64,000 bases of DNA from Octopus sinensis (taxonomy: Eukaryota): assembly GCF_006345805.1 (NCBI RefSeq), contig NC_043007.1, positions 26,846,001-26,910,000 on the forward strand. The letters are read 5' to 3'. Below, in pieces: positions 11,212 through 24,508 of this stretch. Position 1 is the first letter of the stretch. Every line of letters begins with the position of its first letter. The notes under the pieces are model-generated. The model ran no database searches and was not told the DNA's origin. It saw only the letters and a list, made by a program, of their open reading frames with translations. Both the position numbers and the translations under genes were made by a program.

Positions 11212-12376
11212 AAATGTGCGATGGGTAAATTGTCGCATACGCATTGTTTGATTTTGAATTTGTCGAATACACAGTATGGTAGGGCCAGTTTAGTACCATT
11301 TGTGAGAAAAAAAAAGCATCTTGACGCAATTCACTCTGCCAAAAATTTGGATACGACATGTTGTCTGCTTGGAATTCGAGTCAGAAGCTTCAATACGCTG
11401 ATTTTAGGGCATTTGGTGTCAATCTGGATACATTGCAGAAGTTTCGGAAAGAATTGAATGTGTCTATGGTGAATGCGAAGGAAAGAACTCCAAAATTTAT
11501 TAGCGAAATCCATTCCATCATTGACAACAATACCTCCGAGTCAATCAGGTCCATCACCAGGGATATGGGAGTATCTGAGCTTCTTATGATGCAGGTAGTG
11601 CATAAAGGCATTCTCTATTCCTCATACAAGATGAGAAAGGACAAATTTCTATCTCAAGGACGAGTGAAAAGACCGCGCTACGAAGCTTTTGAACAAATGC
11701 AAGCATCCTCTCTGACCGAACATGATTTGGTTTTTCTCAGACGAGAACAATTTCTGCGAGAATCATATGGTGAACACCCAGAACAACCGTTGGATTGCTG
11801 TGTCCCCAAAACATGTACCGAGAGTGATAATGATCAAACATCCAGTTGACATCATGGTGTTTGGAGTGATTACTAGTGATGGCGACGTTATATCCCCATT
11901 CATCTTCCCACACGGCTTCAGACTCAACTCCAAGACCAACATCAAATGCTGCCCTGAGTGGCTGCTGGAGGGCCCTATGTCTGGCAACAGGACTCTGCAC
12001 TATGCCATACAGGCAGAACCCAAGCATGACTGTCAAACAAATTCTGCGACCACATCACCCCTAACATCTGGCCACCCAACTCCCTAGACAGAACGAGAGA
12101 CCAACAAAACTCCTTGTAGCTCTAAAGATGAACTGAAAACAAGGATTATGGCAGCATTCGCCACCTTAAACAAGGAAACCGTCCAGAAGAATTGCAGAAG
12201 ATTTCGAAGTCGTCTGCAGTCCATGGATGAAGCCATTGGCGATTTTATGGAACAAATTTACTCTGTAGAATCTTAAGATACTTTTATGTAATATTGGTAA
12301 ATATATCTTTTGAAATGAGATGACAGTCTTATTTTCATTTTTGCGTAATGCAGACAGTTTCTTCGCCGACCCTCTA
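11212..12376 (+). mobile_element. Decayed Tc1/mariner-superfamily transposon, probably maT (DD37D)-like
   Basis: Across frames: FFSDENNF...NTQNNRW...IMVFGVITSDGDV..PFIFPHGFRLN, WQQDSALCHT, NIWPPNSLD, then ELKTRIMAAF...RRFRSRLQSMDEAIGDF. Frameshifts and internal deletions present; TIR remnants only faint. Confidence 0.85.
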
Positions 12377-12936
12377 TATGCATTTGGTATATGAGTGTAT
12401 ATGTATATATGTGTATGTTTGTATGTACGTATGCATTTCTATATATACGTTTTTATTTCTGTATGTATGAGTGTATGCATGCATGTATGTATGTATGTAT
12501 GTGTGTGTGTATGCTTATGCTTATCATCAAGAAGATATGTCGCTTTAAAATAACTCAGCGATTTGACTGTCAAGATGTCGCTGAATATGGATGCCTGCAC
12601 GACCTCTCGAACGCAAAGCAGTATGATATACATGGAGTTCATAGATTTCGTTCAAAGAAAGCCATGCAGGCTAGATTATAACATCGTTATTTAAGTAAGA
12701 ACTTCACGACGTAGATGATTGATAGTCGCAGATTTAATTATGTCGAATATAAATTTAATCACCTTCACTTAGATGCATTGGATGTTTTAACACATAACGT
12801 TTCGCAAAAGGTACGCTGTTCGTTATCATTTTCTTCTTTTTTTTAATTAGTAACGACTATGCAGACAAGCACACACAAATGCTCACGTGAACACAACCTC
12901 GTTTATGGCTTCATGATACATATATATTACCATATA

Positions 12937-12939
12937 TAG

Positions 12940-12998
<59 letters not shown>

Positions 12999-13114
12999 GA
13001 GATAGGTAGGTAGGTAGGTAGGTAGTAGGTAGATAGATAGATAGGTAGATAGATAAACAGACAGACAGATAGAAAGATAGATACATACATACATACATAA
13101 ATGGACAGACAAAC

Positions 13115-13176
<62 letters not shown>

Positions 13177-13249
13177 TTAGATAGATAGATAGATACATAC
13201 ATACATACATACATACATACATACATAAATAGACAAACAGGTAGATGGG

Positions 13250-13307
<58 letters not shown>

Positions 13308-13320
13308 CATTGATAGATAA
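12937..13320. repeat. Compound (AGAT)n/(ACAT)n microsatellite
   Basis: Read directly from the sequence. Confidence 0.95.
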
Positions 13321-13512
13321 ATAAATATATACTTACATATTTGTTAATATGTATTGCATATCTATAATGTAATATATATAAAACATATTTATAAGTATAT
13401 ATATATTTATATGTATATGTTAATCTATCCATCGATTTATATATGTGTGTGTGTGTGTCTGTCTCTCTTTAAATACATATTTATATATCTGTGTATATAT
13501 AAGAATACATAT

Positions 13513-13563
<51 letters not shown>

Positions 13564-13730
13564 TTGCATGTTCAAATCATGGACACATATACACAGCAAG
13601 TATCAAACGTATTGACATAGCGGATTTATATCAACACATTACATGTAAACTTTCTCTATCATGAGATACATCTCTCCGTCGGAGCGGTCGCGAACTTACC
13701 TGCATATGTATGTGTGTGTGTGTATGTATG

Positions 13731-13798
<68 letters not shown>

Positions 13799-13880
13799 TA
13801 TGTGTATATACATACATATATGTATATATATATATATTATGTTTATATATGTGAGTATACATATATAGGTATGTATATAT

Positions 13881-14030
13881 GTCACTTAGCGGTTCGGCAA
13901 AAGAGACCGATAGAATAAGTATTGGGCTTACGAAAGAATAAGTCCCGGGGTCGAGTTGCTCGATTAAAGGCGGTGCTCCAGCATGGCCGTAGTCAAATGA
14001 CTGAAACAGGTAAAAGAGAAAAAAGAGAAA
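13881..14030 (+). mobile_element. SINE family B, 3' half
   Basis: CTTAGCGGTTCGGCAAAAGAGACCGATAGAATAAGT...GGCGGTGCTCCAGCATGGCCGTAGTCAAATGACTGAAAC. Confidence 0.85.
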
Positions 14031-14167
14031 TATATATATATATATACAAGTGTTTTTATGTGTTTGTGTTTCTCTCTGCAGCTTTCTGTCCTTCTGCCTA
14101 TCTCTCTCCTCTTTCTCTTCTCTTTTTTCTCTTTCTCTCTTTCTTTCTCTCTCTCTCTCTCCTCTCT

Positions 14168-14208
<41 letters not shown>

Positions 14209-15085
14209 TTCTCTCTCTGTCTCTTTGCCTCTCCCTGTATTTTCTTCGTGTATGCTTACCTATGTATAACTCTGCATAAGTGAACACCAGTGACGAGACC
14301 TTATCTGCTTGCGTCATCCTTTATTTCATTAAGAAATCTACGTAGAAAAGCGATCCTCCATTTTCCCAATCAGCCTTTTCGTTAAAAGTTTAATCTGCAA
14401 TAAACCAGCCATTTTGTTCTATTTCATTTTGTCTTTTACGCAATCCATTGCGCTCTCCTTCATTAAAATTACTACAAATCTTTGCGCTATTGGAACGTTT
14501 TAAGCGTTCGCAATCTCTGCAGAAGACACATCTTAGAAGGAAAAATCTAATTCTCTTACTTATATTTAAAGTGAAATGTAATTTCGCTTTGACAAAGATC
14601 TTAACTATTGCATCACGAAATTTCGCCTACTAAACGAACAAAGTCTGAAAAGTAATTAAAAAATAAGTTGTAAAGAAGAGGGAAAAAAAGAGAAAAGAAC
14701 AAATAAAGTACATTGTATTTATGAAGCCGAGAAAAGATTTTGCGGAATCTTCAAGAAAACATGAATGGGGTTTGCACAAAATTTCAAGGAAAATACTGAA
14801 ATGTGTATGTACATAAACTCACCCAGTTAACACACACACACACACACAACACACACACACACAAGCACACAAACAAATACACATACATATACACACACAC
14901 ACGTATATGTGTGTGTGTGTGTAAGTATGTTTGTATATGTTCATATTTATGCATAGAAACATGCAATTATACATACATGAGTGTACATGTATGAGAGTGT
15001 ATAGACGTATAGACATGCGTGTGTGTGCGTGTGTGCCTGTGTGTATTACGTGTGTTTATATGTACATGCGATTATGCTCTCCTAC

Positions 15086-15131
<46 letters not shown>

Positions 15132-15155
15132 GACTAGAATGCATACAAATGACGA

Positions 15156-15206
<51 letters not shown>

Positions 15207-15273
15207 TACATATCTATAATTATGCCTATGTATATATTTATATGCCGAGAGTAAGTATACATATAAATATGTG

Positions 15274-15323
<50 letters not shown>

Positions 15324-15324
15324 C

Positions 15325-15390
<66 letters not shown>

Positions 15391-15879
15391 GTATGTCAGT
15401 TGTCTGTGTGTAGTTATGGGGAGAGTATAAGTGACATACAGAGAGAGAGAGAGTGTGTGGGAGAGAAGGAGAGAGGAGAGAGAAGAGAGAGAGAGATAGA
15501 GAGAGAGAGAGACCATTGCTTGAAAGACTGAAAGGAAAACTCTAATACAAAAAAAAACACACAATACAAAACAAAAAGAAAAGACGAAAGACAAAAGAAG
15601 TGCGAAATAATATATAAGAATACATAAATGCGTTTGAAAAGGAAACGAACAAAATATGAAAAGCTTCAAATTGTCTGCTGCATAAAAGAGTAAACGATGA
15701 AAAGACAGAAACATTAACAATCACAGAACGACGACAGCAACAAGACGAAGAAGAACAGTTAAAAGTATGAACGTCTAAGACACTAATAATGGCGACCAAA
15801 AGGAAAAGAAGAAAAGAAAACCAAAGATAACGGCAGGAATAGAAAGATTTATGTGCTTATGAACAGTAACAACAGGCGT

Positions 15880-15958
15880 AATGACGATGGCAATAATGAT
15901 GATGATGATGATGATGATGATGGTAATAATGACGATGGTAATAATGATAATAATAATG

Positions 15959-16001
<43 letters not shown>

Positions 16002-16084
16002 TAACAATAATAATAATGATAATAATAATGGTAAAAATAATAATCAGAGGAAGAATGTTAGAAATAGTAATAATAATGATAAGG

Positions 16085-16138
<54 letters not shown>

Positions 16139-16276
16139 GTAGTAGTAGTAGTAATAACTACAACTACAGCAACAATAATAATAATAATAAAAATATTAAT
16201 TATAACAGTGAGAATACTATTACTAATGACAATAGTGGTGATGATGATCATAATGATGATGTGGATGATGATCATG

Positions 16277-16307
<31 letters not shown>

Positions 16308-16310
16308 AGA
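15880..16310. repeat. (GAT)n/(AAT)n/(AGT)n trinucleotide array
   Basis: Read directly; explains the poly-N/I/D ORFs. Confidence 0.95.
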
Positions 16311-16314
16311 TTCA

Positions 16315-16440
16315 ATTTATTAGCTACAAAGGGTTGCCGACTTTGGGGACACAACAAAGGCGAAATACAAAAGAAAAAATAACAAATATGAGACAAAGGG
16401 CGGCGGTATTTTGTATTGAGGGGAAATCGGGTGAGGTCAA
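16315..16440 (-). mobile_element. Possible short 3' end of a Tx1-like LINE
   Basis: Reverse strand TGTCCCC...CAACCCTTTGTAGCTAATAAA resembles the 3' termini at 51988 and 60330. Confidence 0.35.
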
Positions 16441-16519
16441 CTCTAACAATAACGACACATTAACATGTGAATGAATGAATAATTGATGGAGAGAAGGAAT
16501 TAGTGAACGAATATATACG

Positions 16520-16925
16520 TTTTTAAGGCCCCAGGGCGATGAGCCTGAAACAGAAGTATCATTCCTCACCGCACACAGCGATCGCGTACGGTAGCTACAC
16601 AACCTGCGACGATCTTTGCCTTCTGTTTCTTTTACATTCTGATTATTTTTCTGGTAGATAAGGGCTCCCAATTTTCCGCCATCATCTACAGAATTTGACT
16701 CACCGAGAAACTTCATATCACTGGATTGTTTGATACAACAAGGGCACTGTAATCCTGTATTGGCGTCAGCTCGGCATCGATGTAGAGCTTCCTTGGGATT
16801 TTCGAGAAAGAATTTGGGCATGTGTCAGCAAATATGTTCTACGGGTAGGAACCGGGTTACGTTTTGCTATCCCATGAGAGATACATAATTATCTCGCACA
16901 CTTCTTCATTTACAGCGGAGACATC
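16520..16925 (-). mobile_element. Possible Penelope-like GIY-YIG C-terminal relic
   Basis: Reverse translation KFLGESNSVDDGGKLGALIYQKNNQN resembles the KIL...R...EAL.I end of PLE GIY-YIG domains; heavily decayed. Confidence 0.4.
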
Positions 16926-17133
16926 ATCAGGAGAAACTACGTCCGGTTTCGGCCCCTACTCCTCTACCATTTTTGACGTGGTGGGCCCCCCCTTTCGGGG
17001 GTGTCTTCAGCTCTAGTGTTGAATGAATTTCTTCTTTCTTCTTCTTTCTTCTGTTCCCTGGCCTCTTCGATGCAGCGTCAACGATTGTCAGCGGGCGACT
17101 GACCATCCTGCCAAATTTTCCTTTAATTACTCG

Positions 17134-17872
17134 CTGGTAGGCTCCAGGAGCCAGCACCAGCTAACTCTCACGTGACATTGTCTAAACTTCGACTATCCAA
17201 TAAAGGGTGACATCATCTACAGAATTTGACTCACCAAGAATCTTCATATCACCTGGATATGCTCTCTCATGAGAGGGACATAATTTCTCGCTCACCTCTT
17301 CGTTTATAGCGGTGCTTGGAAGTAGAGTACGCAGGGCGTGGTAGTTGCATGCGCCCAGTGTGTGGAATTTATGGCGTTTAAACTTTGGTAAGAGGAAAAA
17401 GTCACAAGAGGTAAGATGTGAGGAATATGGTGGTGATGGTGTTACGTTTGACCAAAAACTGATGCAAAAACTGCTCTGAAGGGATATGTACAAATTTCCA
17501 ATAACCGGGCGCATGCCTTGACAAAACTGAAACCACGGTATGTCCAACCACTACTGTAAATTATGAAAGTGAGCGAGGACATTATAACTTGTGTGCACGC
17601 GCAACAGTGTTCAAGGTCAATCTTTGCGAAGTATCTTCGTAGGTAGCGGTCTCGTTCATGGTGCTCCCTCCTCTTAGTTCGAAGGCTTGTACCACCAAAC
17701 ACCTGGCCGGCTGTGGCTGCTGGAACTGAAATTAGCACGACGCAGTTGGCAGGCAGGCAGGCTTAGAGAGGGCGCGTGCTAATATTACGCGCCCTTCTCC
17801 TCCATTGGTCAGCTGAAGTTTAGACAGTGTCACGTGACAACTAGCTGGTGCAGGCTGCTGGAGCCTACCCGC
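17134..17872. mobile_element. Non-autonomous cassette bounded by imperfect inverted repeats of about 55 bp
   Basis: GGTAGGCTCCAGGAGCCAGCACCAGCTAACTCTCACGTGACATTGTCTAAACTTC (17137-17191) is the near reverse complement of 17815-17870. No clear TSD. Confidence 0.6.
17375..17470 (-). pseudogene. Mariner transposase fragment (C-terminal catalytic motif)
   Basis: PPYSSHLTSCDFFLLPKFK matches the mariner PPYSPDLAPxDFxLFPKLK motif. Confidence 0.65.
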
Positions 17873-17874
17873 TT

Positions 17875-17996
17875 TTACTTTTTCACTTTCTTAACTCTTT
17901 TACTTTTATTTGTTTCAGTAATTTTGACTGCGGCTATGCTGGAGCACCGTCTTTAGTCGACCAAATCGACCCCAGGACTTATTTTTTGTAAGCCTT
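17875..17996 (-). mobile_element. SINE family B, 3' end truncated at the inverted-repeat junction
   Basis: TTGACTGCGGCTATGCTGGAGCACCGTCTTTAGTCGA...CCCCAGGACTTATT. Confidence 0.8.
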
Positions 17997-18140
17997 TTGT
18001 CGAGGATTGTAGAACGAAGAAACACATGATTTCCCATTCGTTACATCTTATTTGTCTCTATTAAGCGACTCTTTAATGTACGACGCTAACAAGTTTCAAG
18101 CAAATGCAGACACGTGACAGTGGAAAACACACAGAAACAT
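17997..18140 (+). repeat. Left arm of an inverted duplication of about 140 bp
   Basis: TTGTCGAGGATTGTAGAACGAAGAAACAC...GCAGACACGTGACAGT is the reverse complement of about 21030-21175 with few differences. Confidence 0.92.
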
Positions 18141-18278
18141 ACGTACATACATACATGCATACATACATAATACAAACATACATACATACATACATACTTG
18201 CATACATACATACATACATAAATACATACATGCGCACATACATACATTCATACATACATACATAATATATATATATTA

Positions 18279-18316
<38 letters not shown>

Positions 18317-18604
18317 TATATATGTGGTGTGTGTATGTGTGTGTGTGTCCAACGATCTCTCAATATGTGAGTGGACTACGTCGAACCTTGCATTCAAATA
18401 GTAAAGGTTTTATCGACCCCGGAATGATAAAAGGCAAAGGCGACCTGAGCGTGTTTGACATTAGAACGTAAAGACGGACAAAATGCCGTGCTAAGGATTC
18501 TGTCAGCTCACCGAATTAATGGGATTTGAACTCAAAGATTCCAAACAGGAACTGCGAGGGCTGTTCAGCTAATGTTCTAAAGACTCTGCCTATTCATCGT
18601 GCTA

Positions 18605-18794
18605 TACTCTCTTACTTGTTTCAGTCATGTGGCTGTGGCCATGCTGGAGCACCGCCTTTAGTCGAACAAATCGACCCCAGGACTTATTCTTTGTAAACCT
18701 AGTATCTATTCTATCGGTCTCTTTTGCCGAATCGCTAAGTTACGGGGACGTAAACACACTAGCAAGCGATGTTGGGGGGACAAACACAGGCACA

Positions 18795-18848
<54 letters not shown>

Positions 18849-19012
18849 AGCATATATATAACAGGCTTCTTTCAGTTTCCGTCTACCAAATCCACTCACA
18901 AGGCTTTGGTTAGCCCGAGGCTATTGTAGAAGAAACTTACCCAAGGTGCCACGCAGTGGGACTGAACCCGGAACCATGTGTTTCTTATGCAAGTTACTTA
19001 CCAAACAGCCAC
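18605..19012 (-). mobile_element. SINE family B, near full length
   Basis: tRNA-like head (GGTTCCGGGTTCAGTCCC), CORE-like CCTTGGGTAAGT segment, internal (TA)/(TG) microsatellite, family-B tail. Confidence 0.88.
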
Positions 19013-19796
19013 TATTAAAAACAACAAAAAAAAGACATGGCCTTCGAAAGCGGTGATACTAATACCCGTATGCAGAAGTTCATATGTGGCATTTATTCGA
19101 ATCATGATAAACATTTGCTCCACTGCCATTTCCCCATCTCCAATTTTCTTGCTAAATCTTAATTCAAAACCAATTTATTTGACATGAACGTATAAATCTA
19201 CGTTACCATTCACAAGAAGCCATTAAAAATAAGATTGGACCGTCCACATGAAATATTAGGGACATCAGCGAGATATCCTTCATATAAACTCAATCATATT
19301 TAGTAAGATATAAGATCGCTTTGGATAACTTTATATAGGATATGGAAGGAATGGTAAAGTGAGACGAGATTTTGTACGACGCCTTTGATCTTAGATTTGT
19401 TCCTACAGAAATGATGACGATGCCAAAAGCAACAAAAAACAAGACAAACACTAAACAGCAGAGTCAATATCGTAAACGTAAATATGCTGCATATCTCCAT
19501 TAACAACATAAAAACATTGTATCATTGATGTTATCAAGTTGTTGCGTCGGCGCCATGATCGTCAACATCGTCGTAGTCGTCTGCATCGTGGCAGTGAGCA
19601 CGTTTTGACAATAGCCATGCGAATGCGCGGTGACGCAAACATCAAAGGAAATATTTTTCAAGAGAACATTGAGAAGATCGTTTCTAAATTGGAAAGTACA
19701 AAGTTAACAAAGACAATTTTAAGTCATTACTGAACAAGACAGAGTTGTATGTTTGGCTACGTATGACGAAATATATATACACATACATACATACAT

Positions 19797-19980
19797 ACAT
19801 GCCCAGACGATTGCGCCGGCACACACATGCGCAAATGCACACATGCCCAGACGATTGCACCGGCACACACATGCGCAAATGCACACATGCCCAGACGATT
19901 GCGCCGGCACACACATGCGCAAATGCACACATGCCCAGACGATTGCGCCGGCACACACATGCGCAAATGCACACATGCCC
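19797..19980. repeat. 44-bp minisatellite, about 4.2 copies
   Basis: Unit GCCCAGACGATTGCGCCGGCACACACATGCGCAAATGCACACAT starts at 19801, 19845, 19889, 19933 and partially at 19977. Confidence 0.95.
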
Positions 19981-20014
19981 GCGTAAGAACACACAAACAC
20001 ACACGCACACACCA

Positions 20015-20091
<77 letters not shown>

Positions 20092-20264
20092 GTACGTATG
20101 TATGTATGTATATTTAAGTGTGCAGCAAATTTATCGCGAAAAAACAGATGTTTATGTGTATGTATATGCATTTATACACATACATAAACGATGCATGGAT
20201 ATCTGTGTGTTTGTGTGTATATCTATAATGTATATTTATATATTATCTATATATATATTATATA

Positions 20265-20315
<51 letters not shown>

Positions 20316-21029
20316 ATATATATATTATATATATATATATATATGTATCTGTATATGTATATATATGTGAAAAATGTGCATATGTAAGTTATATGCGTGT
20401 GTGTTTACGGGTGTCTGATCTCATAGAAAGTAAGTTAATGAGTATCTATATATATACACGCACTCATCATACACGTATTTCATGTGTACTAATAGGTATG
20501 TGTGTGTGTGTGTTTGCGTGTGTATCACTATTTATAAATTTGAAGACATTCTTTCATTTTATTGTATAAAGTGAATATATAATTTATCATATGTATTTAT
20601 GTATGTAGACATATACGCTAGCTTTTCTGTTTGTTCTATTTATGTACGTATATATACATACATAAATATATATATACTATATACTACATATATATTGTAT
20701 TGTATATATATAGATCATATATACAAATATATATATGTATTTATATGCATATAATATATATACACACACACACATATATATTACGTATAATCATACATAC
20801 ATTGAGAGATGTTTGGATATTTAGCTATCTCAATTATATATATATTATATATATATAATATATATATATTAATATATATGAAACAATTTTTCTGAGAGTG
20901 TATATACATATACATATATATATATATATATATATATGTGTGAGTGTGTGTTATTTATATTTATATATATATGTATGTATGTATGGATGGAGTATGTATG
21001 TATGTATGTGTGTATGTATGTATGTATGC

Positions 21030-21175
21030 ATGTTTCTGAATGTTTTCTAACTGTCACGTGTCTGCATTTGCTTGAAACTCGTTAGCGTCGTACATTAAAG
21101 AGTCGCATAATAGAGACAAATAAGATGTAACGAATGGGAAAATTATGTGTTTCTTCGTTCTACAATCCTCGACAA
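21030..21175 (-). repeat. Right arm of the inverted duplication
   Basis: Reverse complement of 17997-18140. Confidence 0.92.
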
Positions 21176-21618
21176 TATTCCATCTACGTACCTTTACTTT
21201 CACTATTAATCGATACATCACAGTACATTATTGTAGACGCTAGTACATACATAACGTTAAGCAGTATTTCGTTATATGGCTCTATACGACTTCAAATGTG
21301 CGTGCTTATTTGATAATTACTATATCCATTTATTAATTTCCATGTATATAAATCCAAGCGATGCAACTAATGTCCTATTCACATCTATTTCATATTGTCT
21401 AGGGTAATTATAAACCTTACCTATTGTTACAAAAGCAAGAGTTTTATGTTGTTAAATGAAGAGTAAATGATTATAAATTTAGTTTACAGTCGAGCTTGGT
21501 GCGTCTGTCATGGAAATCTGCCTCTCTCTGTTTTATCTCACTCATAGCGTCTTTACTTCTCTCGTTTTGTTCAAACTGTATCTTTTCTTACGGCATATTA
21601 AAGTATTGATGAAATGGA

Positions 21619-21692
<74 letters not shown>

Positions 21693-21894
21693 GTATGTAT
21701 GTATGTATGTATGTATGTATGTATGTATATATATATATATAAAGAGAGAAAGAAAAGGAGAGAGAAAGAAAAGGAGAGAGAAGATAGATAGTTATACATA
21801 TATATATATATGTGTGTGTGTGTGTTGTGTGTATGTGTGTGTTTGTGTGTGTGTGTGTATACAGAGAGAGAGAGACAGAAAGAGAGAGAGAAAG

Positions 21895-22190
21895 ATTGAA
21901 AGATCAGATCCAAGTGAGACACTACAAGTTGTTTCAATACATAAAGGCTTTGCAGCAACGGAATTTGCAAGAGGTATTAATTCTTTCTATAGAAATGAAG
22001 CTCTAAGTATCAGGACATACCATCGATGGTTTGGCCATTTTTAGGTGGGAGGCTTTTCTTTCATATCTGCCCTTCAATCTTGACGACAACGTTCACAGTC
22101 TCAAATGTGAGCTTCTTAAAACCGTTATTAAGGAAATCCAACGCAAACTGCGCTAGTCTTAGAGAAATACTTGAATTAGTGCCACGTTAA
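21895..22190 (+). pseudogene. Mariner transposase N-terminal HTH relic
   Basis: QVRHYKLFQY/HKGFAATEFARGINSFYRNEALSIRTYHRWFGHF* resembles the Mos1-type HTH (G..A.EAAR.I...YG..A.S.RT..RWF..F). Confidence 0.7.
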
Positions 22191-22638
22191 TAATAGCAAA
22201 CCCCAAAAATAAAACCCTTATAAAAATGTGCTGAATTATGTACCTTAAGATATGTTTATCCCGAATATATCATTGGAACTTCCATATGATAGCAACGTAT
22301 ATATTGCATGTCATTGACCAAATGCCACTTTCTTGACTCTTTGTTGGCATAGATTAGGTATGAACATTACAACGCTTGTATTGATTATTAAGAAATAACA
22401 TCCTGTATAAATGTCACTGTACCATCTTTCTAACTACGCTATGTTTGTTCATATAGACGCTCTTTGCTGTACAAACAGCCACATATACTGAATTGCATGC
22501 ATATATGTATGTACACGCACATAAATATGTAAATGTTTATATATCATGTAGATATGTTTGTATCTGGATGCGTAAATACATTTGTATATAAGTATATATT
22601 TCTATATAAGTATACACACACGCACACACACACATATA

Positions 22639-22672
<34 letters not shown>

Positions 22673-22743
22673 CATGCATGTATATATGAATATATATTTC
22701 ATATATGTATATATACATATATACGTATATATACACATCTATA

Positions 22744-22774
<31 letters not shown>

Positions 22775-23719
22775 TTACATATATGTGTGTGTGTGTGTGT
22801 ATATATGTGTCTGCGCGTGCGTATTTGTGTGTGTGTGTTTGTGTCTGCTTGTGTAATTATATATCGATCTTCAGAGGAGATTATATTAAGCCAAATATTG
22901 TTAAATGTTACGCAATCGAAACTAAGCAATTTGAAACGACAAAAAGCGAAGGAGAAATGACACAGAGTACACTTTACAAGACGGATGTCATGATAACAGC
23001 TTTCTCGGTGGTTTTAATGTCGAAACAACTGAATGCCAACCTAGTGTAAATAAAGCAGTTACGTAAAGAGCAAGAGCAAAATGTTGTACGTCGAAATGTC
23101 GATGACTACCAGCCAATACGGAGGCGGCTGGAGAGGGAAAAGGACTCTTTATCTACAAGCTGCCTAATAAGAATTAGCGTGAAATGTCACAGCTTTTTAG
23201 TAGTTGGTTCTCCACGTTGGATAACTCGGTGGTGATTAGGTGACTTATTGCTGTTTGGTTGGTGGTGGCGAAACAAGGAAAATATAACAGATAGAGAAAA
23301 TTGCTTATCGTAATGAATAGTCTACTTCATAAAACAAATATCCTCCTTCTGAACAGCCAATTAGAATTGCCTTAATATGAATACTGTTGTGTCTGAGCTG
23401 TAAAAATTTACGTCGGTTTAACAGATCAAACGGAGATGATATCGTAACTCGTTCATACTTCGAAATCGGTTTCGTTTGATCATGTTCTGATAGGGCCCTT
23501 CATAAAAGAAATATGTTCCTGAGAGTCAGGTCAGAGAGTTCACAGCCATTGGAACGATGACATTAAATTCGGTCGACATAGTTGATTATAAGGAGTTGTT
23601 ACGGAATATTTACTGCTTAATGATAGCCCACACTTTACACGGCTATCAGACCAGTTTATTGTGCAGACACAAAAGCAGATATATGCACATATATATATGT
23701 GTGTGTGTATGTGTGTGTA

Positions 23720-24130
23720 TAGGGGGAATTCACGAAAATAAACAAAAGTCGAAGACAGGTGGTGTAGACAGCAAAAAGATGTATTAGTTTAACGCCTGGG
23801 AAGTAAAAAAGTCTTAACGTTCGAGCCTATGCTCTTCCACAGAAAGGAACACAGAAAGAAACAAGGAGAGAAAATAAAGAATCTTTAGTGGCTAGCGATC
23901 TATCATGGCGAATGCCGGAGAGTAGGGTTACACAGGAGAGCTAGGAAGAAAGGGAGATAAAAAGTACTGATGATCCTACAATAATAGGTGCGCGTGTGTG
24001 TATGTATGTGCAGGTGAGAAGATGTGGGGCTGGGAAGTGGTTGGTGCTAGTGTGTGCGTGGTGGTGTAGTTTGATGTAATATGTTGTGTGGTATAGTTGC
24101 ATATTGTGTACTGGTGTGGTGTGATGGTAT
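23720..24130 (-). mobile_element. Non-coding Penelope pLTR-like repeat
   Basis: Shares GTATTAGTTT(A/G)ACGC and a GAAGAGC-N4-G(C/T)TCGAA stem with 42480-42645. The PLE link is inferred from the degenerate hammerhead-like motif. Confidence 0.4.
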
Positions 24131-24152
24131 ATATATATATATATATATATAT

Positions 24153-24194
<42 letters not shown>

Positions 24195-24466
24195 GTATAC
24201 ATATTTTGATGGCTAACAGGAGAGGGAGGTAATCCCCTATCCTTTAACCTTCTATAGCTGATCGATGGCAGCACGACCGGAAGTCGATAGCCTCTAGCAA
24301 AGGGAGATAATCCAGACTTTTCTTCTCCATATTTTAAAGATGCCAAGGCCAATAGACTTTCGGGTCGAAGAAACGCCAGGAGGTTAAAGCTTTTATGAAT
24401 AGGAAACCTGGGCTAACCCCATAAACCAGCGTTCACAAAGAATATTTATATGTATGTATATGTATG

Positions 24467-24508
<42 letters not shown>

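Noticed and set aside
19797-19980. Possible CRISPR-like array
   Set aside because: Units are contiguous with no unique spacers, there are no cas genes, and the context is eukaryotic.
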